Positions 42,029-52,081 of a stretch of DNA of 64,000 bases are shown here, piece after piece; positions within the stretch are counted from its first letter, which is position 1; every line of letters starts with the position of its first letter. The notes beneath the pieces were generated by a model. That model worked only from the letters and a program-made list of their open reading frames with translations. It made no database searches and was not told where the DNA came from. The stretch is from Candidatus Bathyarchaeota archaeon. Lineage in GTDB: Archaea; Thermoproteota; Bathyarchaeia; Bathyarchaeales; Bathycorpusculaceae. The position numbers and the translations under genes were made by a program. The stretch lies in assembly GCA_963811105.1 (NCBI GenBank), contig CAWEPZ010000001.1, positions 51,372-115,371 on the forward strand, written 5' to 3'.

Positions 42029-43741
42029 ATGTTGCTTTTGACAAAGAGAACCCAAACCTGCATAGTTATTCTTATTGTTACGCTTATACTTGCCATAACC
42101 ATTCCAGAAATATCCCTTGTAGCATCAACATCTCCCGCTGACAGCTGGACAGCAAGCACATGGTTCCACCTTTACTCACCTGCGGGAAAAACCCCAGAAG
42201 GCGCAACCCTCGCAACCCTCAGTCCAACAGGTTTAACCCCGACCCAGATTCGGAAAGCCTACAATCTACCTGCGCAGGGTGGCAACGGAACAATTGCCCT
42301 AATCGATGCCTACGATTGCCCAACAGTTCAAAATGACTTTATCACATTTAGCAACCAATTCGGGTTACCCACAACAAACTTTCAAGAACACAAAATGACT
42401 CCAAACATTGCAGCTGATGCTGGTTGGGCAGTTGAGATATCGCTTGACGTGCAGTGGGCTCACGCTATAGCTCCAAACGCAACAATACTCCTGGTAGAGG
42501 CCAAGAGTAGCTCATTGGCTGATCTTCTTGCGGCAGTTAGTTACGCCACAAATCGTGCTGATGTGGTTGCAGTATCTATGAGTTGGGGTGGGTCTGAGTT
42601 TATAGGTGAAAGCACTTTGAATTCCTATTTTACCAGCAATCATGGCGTTGTCTTCTTTTCCTCTTCAGGAGACAGCGGATCTGGTGTAATCTGGCCTTCC
42701 TCTTCCTCGAATGTAGTTGCAGTTGGCGGGACATCCTTAAAGCTTAACCCTGATGGAACAGTTTCTTCAGAAACGGCTTGGAGCGGCAGCGGCGGCGGCA
42801 TAAGTGTTTATGAATCAGAACCTCAATATCAAATAACCTATAACATCTCAGGAGTTAATGGCAAACGTGGCATTCCTGATGTTTCTTACGATGCAGATCC
42901 AGCATCAGGCTTCCCGGTATATGACACAACTGCTTACGGTGGGCAAACCGGGTGGTTCCAAGTTGGCGGAACAAGCGCAAGCGCTCCTCAATGGGCAGCT
43001 ATACATTCTCTTGGGCTTTCGGTTTCAAGCAACAACTTGTACCAGAATGCAAAATGGAACAGCGCAACATACTTCAGAGATATCACTTCGGGATCAAACG
43101 GCGTATACTTAGCAGCTCCAGGGTACGACCTAGTGACTGGCTTAGGCAGCCCCATAACCTGGAACTTTACAGCCGGAATCGGCTCTGACTTTTCTATTTC
43201 ATCATCCCCCTCTACAATATCAGTGCGGAATGGATCTTTGGGTAATTCCAACATCACAGTCAAATCTGTTAACGGCTTCGCTGGCAAAGTTTCTCTTTCA
43301 GCGTACCCACCTCCTGGTTGGACTGCATCATTCAACTCCTCTTCGGTTGTTGTTCCTTTAGGTGGTTCAAATAAATCTGTGCTTTCCGTGACTACCTCCC
43401 CTGGGGCTAAAGCGGGAACATATAATGTCACCATAGTAGGGTCTTACGGCTCACTAAATCACAATGCCTCATTAGCAGTAAACATTACGACTGGAACGAC
43501 TTCAATCACGGGTTTCATTGTTCAGAGTGGAGGTAGTGGTTACACTACTCCTGCTGTAATCATTACGGGGGGAGGCGGATCAGGCGCTATGGCTACTGCA
43601 AGAGTCTCAAATGGCGTAGTCCTTGGCATAGTGCTTACGAAATCGGGCACCGGTTATACTTCAACTCCTACCGTTAGCATCAGAGATCCTAGTCCAAGAG
43701 CCAAAGGCGCTGCTGCCATGGCATTACTCTCCTCAACTTGA
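42029..43741 (+). CDS. Secreted S53 (sedolisin-like) peptidase with Ig-like domain and C-terminal Gly-rich beta module
   Basis: EISLD (E-x3-D), [29 protein letters not shown]; N-terminal hydrophobic signal. Confidence 0.9.
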   Translation: MLLLTKRTQTCIVILIVTLILAITIPEISLVASTSPADSWTASTWFHLYSPAGKTPEGATLATLSPTGLTPTQIRKAYNLPAQGGNGTIALIDAYDCPTVQNDFITFSNQFGLPTTNFQEHKMTPNIAADAGWAVEISLDVQWAHAIAPNATILLVEAKSSSLADLLAAVSYATNRADVVAVSMSWGGSEFIGESTLNSYFTSNHGVVFFSSSGDSGSGVIWPSSSSNVVAVGGTSLKLNPDGTVSSETAWSGSGGGISVYESEPQYQITYNISGVNGKRGIPDVSYDADPASGFPVYDTTAYGGQTGWFQVGGTSASAPQWAAIHSLGLSVSSNNLYQNAKWNSATYFRDITSGSNGVYLAAPGYDLVTGLGSPITWNFTAGIGSDFSISSSPSTISVRNGSLGNSNITVKSVNGFAGKVSLSAYPPPGWTASFNSSSVVVPLGGSNKSVLSVTTSPGAKAGTYNVTIVGSYGSLNHNASLAVNITTGTTSITGFIVQSGGSGYTTPAVIITGGGGSGAMATARVSNGVVLGIVLTKSGTGYTSTPTVSIRDPSPRAKGAAAMALLSST

Positions 43742-44026
43742 GGAAATAACCTAATTATCTAAATTGGTTAGCACTCGCAAATAACAGTGGACTAACAATT
43801 GCATCTAAAAGAAGTCTGAAGAAGCACAAACCAGGCGTTAAGACTAATATGAAGTGAATGATTATTTTAGGGCATGGGTAAGCAACATTTTAGCATGGGT
43901 TAAAGTAATGCCTCTATTTGAATTGGCTTATTCTGAGCATTTTATTATTCAACTTCCAAAAAACACGATTTGTTACTGACTTGCGCCCCTTTGATTACCT
44001 TTCTTGCATGAGATGCCTTGCTTGGT

Positions 44027-44050
44027 TGTGGGTGTCACTTGACAGTCACA
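44027..44050 (+). promoter_or_regulatory. 24-bp palindromic operator upstream of the multicopper oxidase gene
   Basis: TGTGGGTGT-cacttg-ACAGTCACA-tatt-TTAAAA; 49 bp from the ATG at 44099. Confidence 0.8.
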
Positions 44051-44098
44051 TATTTTAAAATACTTACAGTCAGGAAAATTACGTTGAGGAAATTTTTC

Positions 44099-47000
44099 AT
44101 GTCAAGCGCTCCCGATTCAGAGAAAAATGTAGAGGATATCTCCAAAAGGCGTTTCTTTAAATCAAGCACTGCTATTGCAGGTGCTCCAATTAAAGCATTG
44201 ACAAAAGAAACCAATAGAAAACGTGTATTGGGACGACACAATTCTCCTGCAAGTAGATCAATGTCCCGCCGTACCTTCGTCAAAGTTGCAGCGGGAGGCG
44301 CAGCTATTGTTGGTCTAGCGTTTGCAGTATCCAAGTCACTTCCAGAAGTAAAAGCTGTTCCTGGTTCGTCCACTGATTTGAAGTACACGGGCAAGGTAAC
44401 ACAAGCTGACAGACTAAAGGCAGCGGCAAATCGACCAAAAGCCACAGTTATCGCGCCTACAGTTTCTCCGTCCCCTGGCGGTACACCTGACTATTTTGGC
44501 ACCACACCTAACTACGCCAACAGCCCAATGCCTACTGTTACTGGCACTCTTGGGACTGGTATTACTCTTAACGGTTTTTCTGTTACGAATAGTGGGTCGG
44601 GGTATACGACTCCTGCTGTTGTTCTCTCCGGTGGGGGTGGTACTGGTGCTGCTGCGACTGCGCGGGTTTCTCAGGGTCGTGTTATTGCTTTGGTGCTTAC
44701 TAATGCGGGTACCGGTTATACTTCGGCTCCATCTGTAGCGTTAAGGGATCCTAGTCCAAGAGCTAAAGGAGCCGTCGCAACTGCAACCTTCATCAGCAAT
44801 GGCGGGTCATTTGTAATTACTGGTGGGATCCGTAAATTCGTTGATTCCTTGCCTGGTCTTGGAGCCAGTGGAATGAACAACCTTGGGCAGTTCATCCCAG
44901 TTGCTGTTCCAGATATAACAACGTTTCCTGGATCTGACTTTTACAGAATTGAGTTGAGGCAATATACTGAGAAAATGCATTCAGATCTGCCTCCGACCAC
45001 TTTACGTGGGTACGTGCAGGTTGATGCGGCTGGTAATCCGATTGCTGCTATTCATTATCTTGGACCAGTAATTGTTGCCACCAGAGACCGTCCCGTTCGT
45101 GTAAAGTTTACTAACAGACTTCCTACAGCTGCTGGAGGCAATTTGTTCATACCAGTCGATACAACGTATATGGGTGCTGGAGCAGGCCCTGCTGGAGGCA
45201 GCTTTACGCAGAACCGTGCGGCCATGCACCTTCACGGCGGTAACACGATCTGGATTAGCGATGGAACCCCTCATCAATGGACTGTTCCTGTAGGTGAAAC
45301 CACTGCATATCCAAAAGGTGTATCAGTTAGGTACGTACCAGACATGGATAGTGGAAACGAACCACAGGGAACATTAACATTCTTCTACAGCAACCAGCAA
45401 AGCGCACGACTGATGTTCTACCACGACCACGCTTACGGCATAACACGACTCAACGTTTACGCCGGAGAAGCCGCAGGATATCTATTAACCGACACCACCG
45501 AAACAGCTCTCATATCTAACGGCATTCTCCCAGATCTGGGAATTCCGCTAATAATTCAAGACAAGACTTTTGTTGACGCCACAACGATAGCTGCTCAAGA
45601 CCCAACTTGGAACTGGGGAACAACACCGCCAACTCCACAAACAGGCGACTTATGGTGGCCTCACGTTTACATGCCAAACCAGAATCCATCGCCAACGGCA
45701 TCAGGGGCGAATCCATGTGGCAGATGGGATTATGGCCCATGGTTCTTCCCACCCTGGACAGTACAATTTGGAACATTAAGCAACCCCTATTATAATCCGT
45801 CAGCTGCACCATGGGAACCAACAGTTATCCCAGGAACTCCCAATCCATCAGGCGTGCCCGAATCCTTCATGGACACACCCCTTGTCAACGGAAATGCCTA
45901 CCCCTTCTTAACAGTTTCACCGAGACTCTACAGGTTCCGTATCCTGAATGCCTGTAACGACCGATTCCTTAACCTGCAAATCTATCAAGCAACAAGCATC
46001 ATTGACACAATCACAATCACTGGCGGTGGAAGTGGATACGCGTCAGCGCCATCTGTAACGATCACAGGCGGCGGAGGAACTGGTGCACTTGCTACAGCAA
46101 CTATCACAGGTGGAGCTGTAACAGCAATTAATCTCTTGAGCGTAGGTAGCGGCTACTCAACAGCACCAACTGTAACCATTTCGCCACCAACCGGTTTAGG
46201 TGGCACAACTTCCACAGCATCAGCTACAGTTTACACGGGACTAACAGAAGTCGGCATGCTTCCTGCGAATCCAGGCACATGGCCAGCGGATTATCCAACA
46301 GCAGACGGTCGAGCAGGCGGTTTCCCAGACCCCGCCCTCAGAGGACCAGCAATAATACAAATTGGTACTGAAGGAGGATTCCTACCCGCACCGGCACTGA
46401 TAACCAATAGACCCATAGGGTATGATTACAATCGAAGAAGCATAACAGTATTGAATGTCTTAGAAAAAGCTTGTAATTTAGGACCAGCGGAAAGAGCTGA
46501 CGTACTTATCGATTTCACCAATTTTGCAGGCAAAACTCTTATTCTGTATAACGACGCACCGGCACCGGTGCCTGCATTTGACCCACGGGTTGATTATTTC
46601 ACTGGTGATGGTGATCAGACATCAACAGGTGGCGCTTCAAACACGATTCCTGGATATGGTCCCAATACTCGAACGATAATGCAAATTCGTGTAGCTGCAG
46701 GAGGATCCTCGACTGCCCCACCGAACGATTACAGCCCAGCGAAACTAGCCGCGCTCACAACAGCCTTAGCTAATGCATTCCGCACCACTCAAGATACCAT
46801 CATCGTTCCAGAATCCGCGTACAACGCAGCCTACGGAGGAACCTTCCCAGATAACTATGTATTGATCCAAGATACAACTCACGCTTTCATCCCAATGGGT
46901 CAGACAACCCCACTGACGATGCCTTTGCTTCCCAAAGGTATCCAAGAGCTTTTCACCAACGACTACGGACGAATGAACGCATTACTTTCCTATGAAATAC

Positions 47001-47857
47001 CTAACACCAACGGCACAATCCAGACAACTATAATTCAGGCCTACATTGACCCGCCAAACGAAATTATGGCGCCATCACTTGCCTCAACTCCAATAGGATC
47101 AACAAACGATGGAACACAAATCTGGAAGTTCACCCACAACGGAGTAGACACCCATGCCATACACTTCCACCTATTCAATATTCAACTAATAAACCGCGTC
47201 GGCTGGGATGGAGCAGTAAAACCGCCAAACAATAACGAACTTGGCTGGAAAGATACAATTCAAATGAATCCACTGGAAGATGCGATAGTCGCACTAAGAC
47301 CAATAATTGCTACAAATCATCCGTTCAAAGTTCCAAACAGCATTCGACTGCTTGATCCAACTCAACCACAAGGAGGAATCATGAATTTCACTAACATCAA
47401 TCCACTGGGCAATCCTGTTACAGTAACTAATGAAATGACAAACTTCGGTTGGGAATACGTTGACCATTGCCACTTACTTGGTCATGAAGAAAACGACATG
47501 ATGCGACCCATGTGTTGTGCAGTCCCACCAGAAGCTCCCACCAGTCTATCGGTTACAGGAACTGTAGGAGGCATCGGACTAAGCTGGATAAACAACGCAT
47601 TAAACACAACCAGCCTAACAATACAAAGATCAACAACATCAGCATTCACCACTTTCGTAACATTTACACCCCCATTAGCGACAGCCACGACCTTCACTGA
47701 CACAACCGCAGTCGTTGGAACACCATACTATTACAGAGTAATAGCCGTAAACACAGTTGGCATAATCATGGCAACAGGAATCCCGGTAACAGGATACCCA
47801 TCAATGACCGCAAACTCCAACCCATCAAACACCGTAAACACAACAAGAACCGCGTAA
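44099..47857 (+). CDS. Tat-exported multicopper oxidase (CotA/bilirubin oxidase-like) with inserted Gly-rich beta modules and C-terminal FN3-like domain
   Basis: HLHGG, FYHDH, HAIHFH, HCHLLGHEENDMM (all four Cu motifs, Met axial ligand); SRRTFVK plus h-region; start refined to the ATG at 44099. Confidence 0.92.
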   Translation: MSSAPDSEKNVEDISKRRFFKSSTAIAGAPIKALTKETNRKRVLGRHNSPASRSMSRRTFVKVAAGGAAIVGLAFAVSKSLPEVKAVPGSSTDLKYTGKVTQADRLKAAANRPKATVIAPTVSPSPGGTPDYFGTTPNYANSPMPTVTGTLGTGITLNGFSVTNSGSGYTTPAVVLSGGGGTGAAATARVSQGRVIALVLTNAGTGYTSAPSVALRDPSPRAKGAVATATFISNGGSFVITGGIRKFVDSLPGLGASGMNNLGQFIPVAVPDITTFPGSDFYRIELRQYTEKMHSDLPPTTLRGYVQVDAAGNPIAAIHYLGPVIVATRDRPVRVKFTNRLPTAAGGNLFIPVDTTYMGAGAGPAGGSFTQNRAAMHLHGGNTIWISDGTPHQWTVPVGETTAYPKGVSVRYVPDMDSGNEPQGTLTFFYSNQQSARLMFYHDHAYGITRLNVYAGEAAGYLLTDTTETALISNGILPDLGIPLIIQDKTFVDATTIAAQDPTWNWGTTPPTPQTGDLWWPHVYMPNQNPSPTASGANPCGRWDYGPWFFPPWTVQFGTLSNPYYNPSAAPWEPTVIPGTPNPSGVPESFMDTPLVNGNAYPFLTVSPRLYRFRILNACNDRFLNLQIYQATSIIDTITITGGGSGYASAPSVTITGGGGTGALATATITGGAVTAINLLSVGSGYSTAPTVTISPPTGLGGTTSTASATVYTGLTEVGMLPANPGTWPADYPTADGRAGGFPDPALRGPAIIQIGTEGGFLPAPALITNRPIGYDYNRRSITVLNVLEKACNLGPAERADVLIDFTNFAGKTLILYNDAPAPVPAFDPRVDYFTGDGDQTSTGGASNTIPGYGPNTRTIMQIRVAAGGSSTAPPNDYSPAKLAALTTALANAFRTTQDTIIVPESAYNAAYGGTFPDNYVLIQDTTHAFIPMGQTTPLTMPLLPKGIQELFTNDYGRMNALLSYEIPNTNGTIQTTIIQAYIDPPNEIMAPSLASTPIGSTNDGTQIWKFTHNGVDTHAIHFHLFNIQLINRVGWDGAVKPPNNNELGWKDTIQMNPLEDAIVALRPIIATNHPFKVPNSIRLLDPTQPQGGIMNFTNINPLGNPVTVTNEMTNFGWEYVDHCHLLGHEENDMMRPMCCAVPPEAPTSLSVTGTVGGIGLSWINNALNTTSLTIQRSTTSAFTTFVTFTPPLATATTFTDTTAVVGTPYYYRVIAVNTVGIIMATGIPVTGYPSMTANSNPSNTVNTTRTA

Positions 47858-47965
47858 ACACCCGCGCCAAAATCCCCCTCTATCTTTCTTCTTTCTTAAC
47901 AAATAAAATTTGAAAAATTATACCTCAAACCGAATTGGCTAATAGTATTATAATTAATTGGAGAT

Positions 47966-48877
47966 TTGAATATGACCGGAAAATTTTTTACTTGGCCAAA
48001 ACTCCTGATAATTCTTGTAGCAATAATAATTGTTATTGTGGGCGTAGTGTGGTTTTCTTCTCTAAACGCGCCTTCATCATCCACTTCTCCGACTCCAACT
48101 CCCATAGTTCCTTCAAGCTCGCCAACTCAAACTGCTACTTCAACACCTAAACCAAGTCCAACCCCTATCAGTTCCTCAACGCCGATTTCATCAACTCCTA
48201 CACCGGCGCCCCAAACTTCCGCTACGCCAACTCCAACCTTAACCCCAACTTTAACACCTACATCAACTCCTACTCCAACTCCAACAACCACTCCTTCGCC
48301 AACCCCAACACCAACTCCACAACCCACAACCGTTGTCTTCAACTTCGACAATGCAACCCCAACACTTTCCCCAGGTCGAGGCACACCCATCGATCAAACA
48401 GCAACTGGTGTCACAGCACATTTCAGCTCACCATCTGACATACCATCGAAACCAGCTTTTTCAGTCCAAAACCTCAACTCATTAGCAGCGATATCAACCG
48501 TAATAAATTCCCCAAATTTTTCAGGCCTCTTCCTTTGGCCCAGCACAATCAACAGAGACCGCCTAGACATCAGTTTTAGCAGCAACGTAACACGCATTAG
48601 CTTCACATTCAAGACCGCGGAATTACATGATCCAGGTCCAGGCGGAACCGGCAGCCCCATCAGGTTGACGGCATACTTGAACTCCGCCTCCAATCCAGTC
48701 GGGTCTCCGTTGACAGTTAATGGCGTCGAAACACCGTTCGATACTTACCCCGAAGGCACATTAACCTTCAACTCAGGCGGACAACCATTCAACACGGTTG
48801 AGATAGATCTGCCTTACATCTCTGCTGAAGGAGCAACAGGTTTCATAATCGACAACGTAACCATCATTACAACCTAA
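47966..48877 (+). CDS. Membrane-anchored extracellular protein with Pro/Thr stalk and C-terminal beta-rich domain
   Basis: N-terminal TM, ~80-aa S/T/P repeat (TPTPTPT), then a globular domain ending FIIDNV. Confidence 0.8.
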   Translation: MNMTGKFFTWPKLLIILVAIIIVIVGVVWFSSLNAPSSSTSPTPTPIVPSSSPTQTATSTPKPSPTPISSSTPISSTPTPAPQTSATPTPTLTPTLTPTSTPTPTPTTTPSPTPTPTPQPTTVVFNFDNATPTLSPGRGTPIDQTATGVTAHFSSPSDIPSKPAFSVQNLNSLAAISTVINSPNFSGLFLWPSTINRDRLDISFSSNVTRISFTFKTAELHDPGPGGTGSPIRLTAYLNSASNPVGSPLTVNGVETPFDTYPEGTLTFNSGGQPFNTVEIDLPYISAEGATGFIIDNVTIITT

Positions 48878-49102
48878 CCTTGGCTAAGCACAAATAAATT
48901 ATAGCGCACTTTTTGTTGTGATTTCTATCAGCATTTATTTGAAATAGATAACCTTGTTGTTTGCCAATAACTAAAGTAATGGAAGTTCGGGTTCCAAGAT
49001 TTGAAGCTGAGCGCGGGTAACTTTTCCACTCTGGCGGGTTCAAAAACATGCCCTGCTTTCTTAAAGAAGTATGGGTGTTGCGGGTGATGTCTGCTCAGGT
49101 GA

Positions 49103-49129
49103 CGGAGTTCGAGTCCCTCCCCATCACTA
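49103..49129 (+). repeat. tRNA 3'-end-like fragment (att-like) next to an integrase remnant
   Basis: CGGAGTTCGAGTCCCTCCCCATCACTA, 44 bp from the integrase stop. Confidence 0.5.
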
Positions 49130-49172
49130 CTACGGCAAATTATGCCGAGGGTTTACACCGCTGATGTTTCTG

Positions 49173-49395
49173 TTATTTTCTTTTGCGGAAAAGTCCGTTA
49201 CCGTGGAAGTCGCAAACGAAATCAAATCCTGCGTTGATTAATGTAATTGCTTCGCCCTCTGTTTTTGTTGTTTTGTAGATGTATTTCGATTTCCTCTTTG
49301 AAGAGTTCCTCTGGAAGTTGCACGTAGATTAGGGTGTTTTCGATGCCTTTGTGGCCAAGATTTGTTTAACGTGTAGGATGTCTTTTGTTCGGTTG
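49173..49395 (-). pseudogene. Tyrosine recombinase/integrase C-terminal remnant
   Basis: NRTKDILHVKQ/LGHKGIENTLIYVQL...EAITLINAGFDFVCDFHGNGLFRKRK*, with frameshifts. Confidence 0.8.
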
Positions 49396-49599
49396 CTCAC
49401 CGACGATTAGATGGGAAAGAATAAATGATGATTACAAGAAAAGTGGTCAGACTGACGAACAATTTGTGGGAGAAGATAAGCGAGTTAAATTTGAGGAATA
49501 GACTGAACATGGATAACAAGTAGAACTCTGATGATTATAGGTCTACATAAAAAATATTTACTAATCATTCATTAGAAAGGTTACTTAAGAATTAAGTCA

Positions 49600-49623
49600 A
49601 GTTACTGTCCTGCCACAGTCACA
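49600..49623 (+). promoter_or_regulatory. 24-bp palindromic operator upstream of the 682-aa gene
   Basis: AGTTACTGT-cctgcc-ACAGTCACA-cact-TTAATA; 46 bp from 49669. Confidence 0.75.
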
Positions 49624-49668
49624 CACTTTAATATAGAAGTCGAACCCTCATTTTCTTGAGGCTCAATT

Positions 49669-51717
49669 ATGTCATCAACTCAACTTGTTAGCGGTCTGGG
49701 TGCCGCAATCGGTTCAGATTTTATTCAATCAAAAAACAAACTCGTTTTTGTGGAATATGCAACCGGCAAAATCTCCAGTCTTGACCTTTTCCCAAGTTTT
49801 AACATTGTTTCCCAAGGAACCACAACTTTGAAAGGAACTTTCTTATTTGATTTTGACAATGGAGTTCAAGGTGGAATCAGCCCTAACGCCGATGTTTGGT
49901 GGGATCAACAAACTCCAATCCTGCGCCAAATGGTACCTCAAAATAACGCGCGGATATTAAACCTCGGAATGGTAAATTTCAATACTATCACAGCCGCAAA
50001 CCTTCAGAACCTACCATATTCAATCACTCCAATTGTAGGTAATAACGACTCAAGCAACAAACTTGTAAACGGTGATGTCTTTGCGGTGAAGACCACCAAT
50101 GGCAACTACGCAAAAGTAAAGGTTGTTGCTTACGGCTACGATTTAGTGATTGAGTGGGCAACATACCAAATCAACCAAGGATACAGTGTTCTTGGAACTG
50201 GGTACACTACACCTGAAGATATTAAACTGAGCGCTGACGGAATCCACGCCTACATAACTGAACGAACCGGAAACTTGCTTCGAGTTGCTCTAACCAATGC
50301 CAACCGTTCAGCAGCCATTTTAGTAGCCTCAGGCATGACAGCGCCACAAGAGATTGCCCTCGACGAAGCTCACAACGCTGCCTACGTGGTTGAGTATGAA
50401 TCAATAGGAGCCCTAATAAAAATTGATTTAACGACTGGCACCAAGACAACAATCATACCTGGGCTTAACAACGCCGTGGGTCTAGTGCTCAGTTCAGACT
50501 TACAATATGCATACATTAGCGAACAAACCACTGGACCAGATATGGGACGGATAAGCGCATACCTCTTAAGCAATGGCTCACGGCAAACAATCGTTAAAGG
50601 TTTAACTGCCCCGTTCTTTCTACGCTGGTTAGATGCAACCCAGAGTTTGCTCCTTGTTCCTGAACGTGATCCAGCCAACCGAATAGATCTAATAAATATA
50701 GCAGCGAAGACTTCACAAGTCATAGTGAGTGGTGCGCCCTTCCGCCCTTCAAGCGTTGCCTTACCGAATACTAACCAAATTCTAGTATGCTGCGATCAGG
50801 TAATTGACATTTATAACCTAACTCCGCAACCTCAGCTGGGCGGTCCACTTCTTATGGGAATAGGTTTTATTCCCTTTGATCAGATCGCGCAAACTGGTCC
50901 TCAGACAGGTCGAGCTGATACAACGGTAAATTCAACTTACTTCTATCAAGTAAAGAACACACCCTTTGGCGGCACGCTTCCTCTTATGATAAATCATCAA
51001 CGAGCAGCTAATGATGGCGCAGCATACTATCGCGTTCAAGTAGACGGTCAAATTCGAATGGATTCTTGGACAGACCAAAAATGGAATGGAGCCCAATATG
51101 TTGCCATAACTACGAATCCTTCTACGGTAAATGGGAAAGTTGGTTGTTACCCGGTGCATCCGGTTAGTGAGCTGTTTCTATGGATGAATCCATCACTTGG
51201 AAGCCTCATGGACTCAACTAATTTGCAGAAAACCAATCCTAACTATCACATTATCCTTGTTGAGTTTTTGGCGGCTAACGGAAATCCAATTGAGTATAGT
51301 ACTCCACTGAAAATATTAGTTGATAATGACTCCTGCGTCGCTACTCTCTCACCTGTAACCCTTAACAGTAAAACTGCAGATGCGTGTGGCTTATTAGTTT
51401 ACAATAGTGGTTCTAAAACAACTGACCAAGTTATGATGGGCTTTACAGCCAGCCAACCCAATAATGATGCCACTTTTTCAATGAGTCTGTACAGAGGGGT
51501 TACTCCTGTTACTACTTTGCCTGCTATTCCCCCAACCAGTGGTCCAGTCAGTTCAGCCGCTTCTCCCATAAAAGATACCGTAAACGACCTCTTAGGAACT
51601 TGTGGTATTGCAGCCTTTGCACTGTATCTATACGTGGCGGCGACAGCGAATAATGGTTGGAATCGACAGAGCCAATATGACGCTTCAGCAGCGCAAGCAT
51701 TCGTGCTTGCTCCTTAG
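49669..51717 (+). CDS. Hypothetical 682-aa protein with probable beta-propeller (NHL/YncE-like repeats); no signal peptide
   Basis: Repeats G...P..I.L......AY..E (GYTTPEDIKLS, GMTAPQEIALD, GLNNAVGLVLS, GLTAPFFLRW). Confidence 0.75.
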   Translation: MSSTQLVSGLGAAIGSDFIQSKNKLVFVEYATGKISSLDLFPSFNIVSQGTTTLKGTFLFDFDNGVQGGISPNADVWWDQQTPILRQMVPQNNARILNLGMVNFNTITAANLQNLPYSITPIVGNNDSSNKLVNGDVFAVKTTNGNYAKVKVVAYGYDLVIEWATYQINQGYSVLGTGYTTPEDIKLSADGIHAYITERTGNLLRVALTNANRSAAILVASGMTAPQEIALDEAHNAAYVVEYESIGALIKIDLTTGTKTTIIPGLNNAVGLVLSSDLQYAYISEQTTGPDMGRISAYLLSNGSRQTIVKGLTAPFFLRWLDATQSLLLVPERDPANRIDLINIAAKTSQVIVSGAPFRPSSVALPNTNQILVCCDQVIDIYNLTPQPQLGGPLLMGIGFIPFDQIAQTGPQTGRADTTVNSTYFYQVKNTPFGGTLPLMINHQRAANDGAAYYRVQVDGQIRMDSWTDQKWNGAQYVAITTNPSTVNGKVGCYPVHPVSELFLWMNPSLGSLMDSTNLQKTNPNYHIILVEFLAANGNPIEYSTPLKILVDNDSCVATLSPVTLNSKTADACGLLVYNSGSKTTDQVMMGFTASQPNNDATFSMSLYRGVTPVTTLPAIPPTSGPVSSAASPIKDTVNDLLGTCGIAAFALYLYVAATANNGWNRQSQYDASAAQAFVLAP

Positions 51718-52081
51718 TCATTCTATGCTGCTAGAAACCAATTCCATCAGATGCGTTAGCAAATCAGAGGCAGAGAAAAAAGGGGACTGCAAAACCGCAA
51801 ATATGTTAATGTTGACGTCGACAGCGGAGGGCTAATCCAAACTAGACTACAATCCCAGGAATATCGAATCTTCTTGGTGGCAGTTGTAAGAAAAAGAAAG
51901 GGAAAAATAGAAGCACAGAAGGCGTTTGTACAGCAGCGATTCCTGTCGGACCCGCCTTAGAAGAAAGAGTTTCTAAAAAAGAGAGAAAGCAGCTACGTAG
52001 AATAAGGAGAATTGGCGATGACTGCCAGTGTGTTACGGGTTCATTTACACCCAAGACAGCGTAATAGTGAGTAAGTGTGTT

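Noticed and set aside
48070-48330. Tandem ACNCCN repeats as a CRISPR array or satellite
   Set aside because: They encode the Pro/Thr linker and have no repeat-spacer structure.
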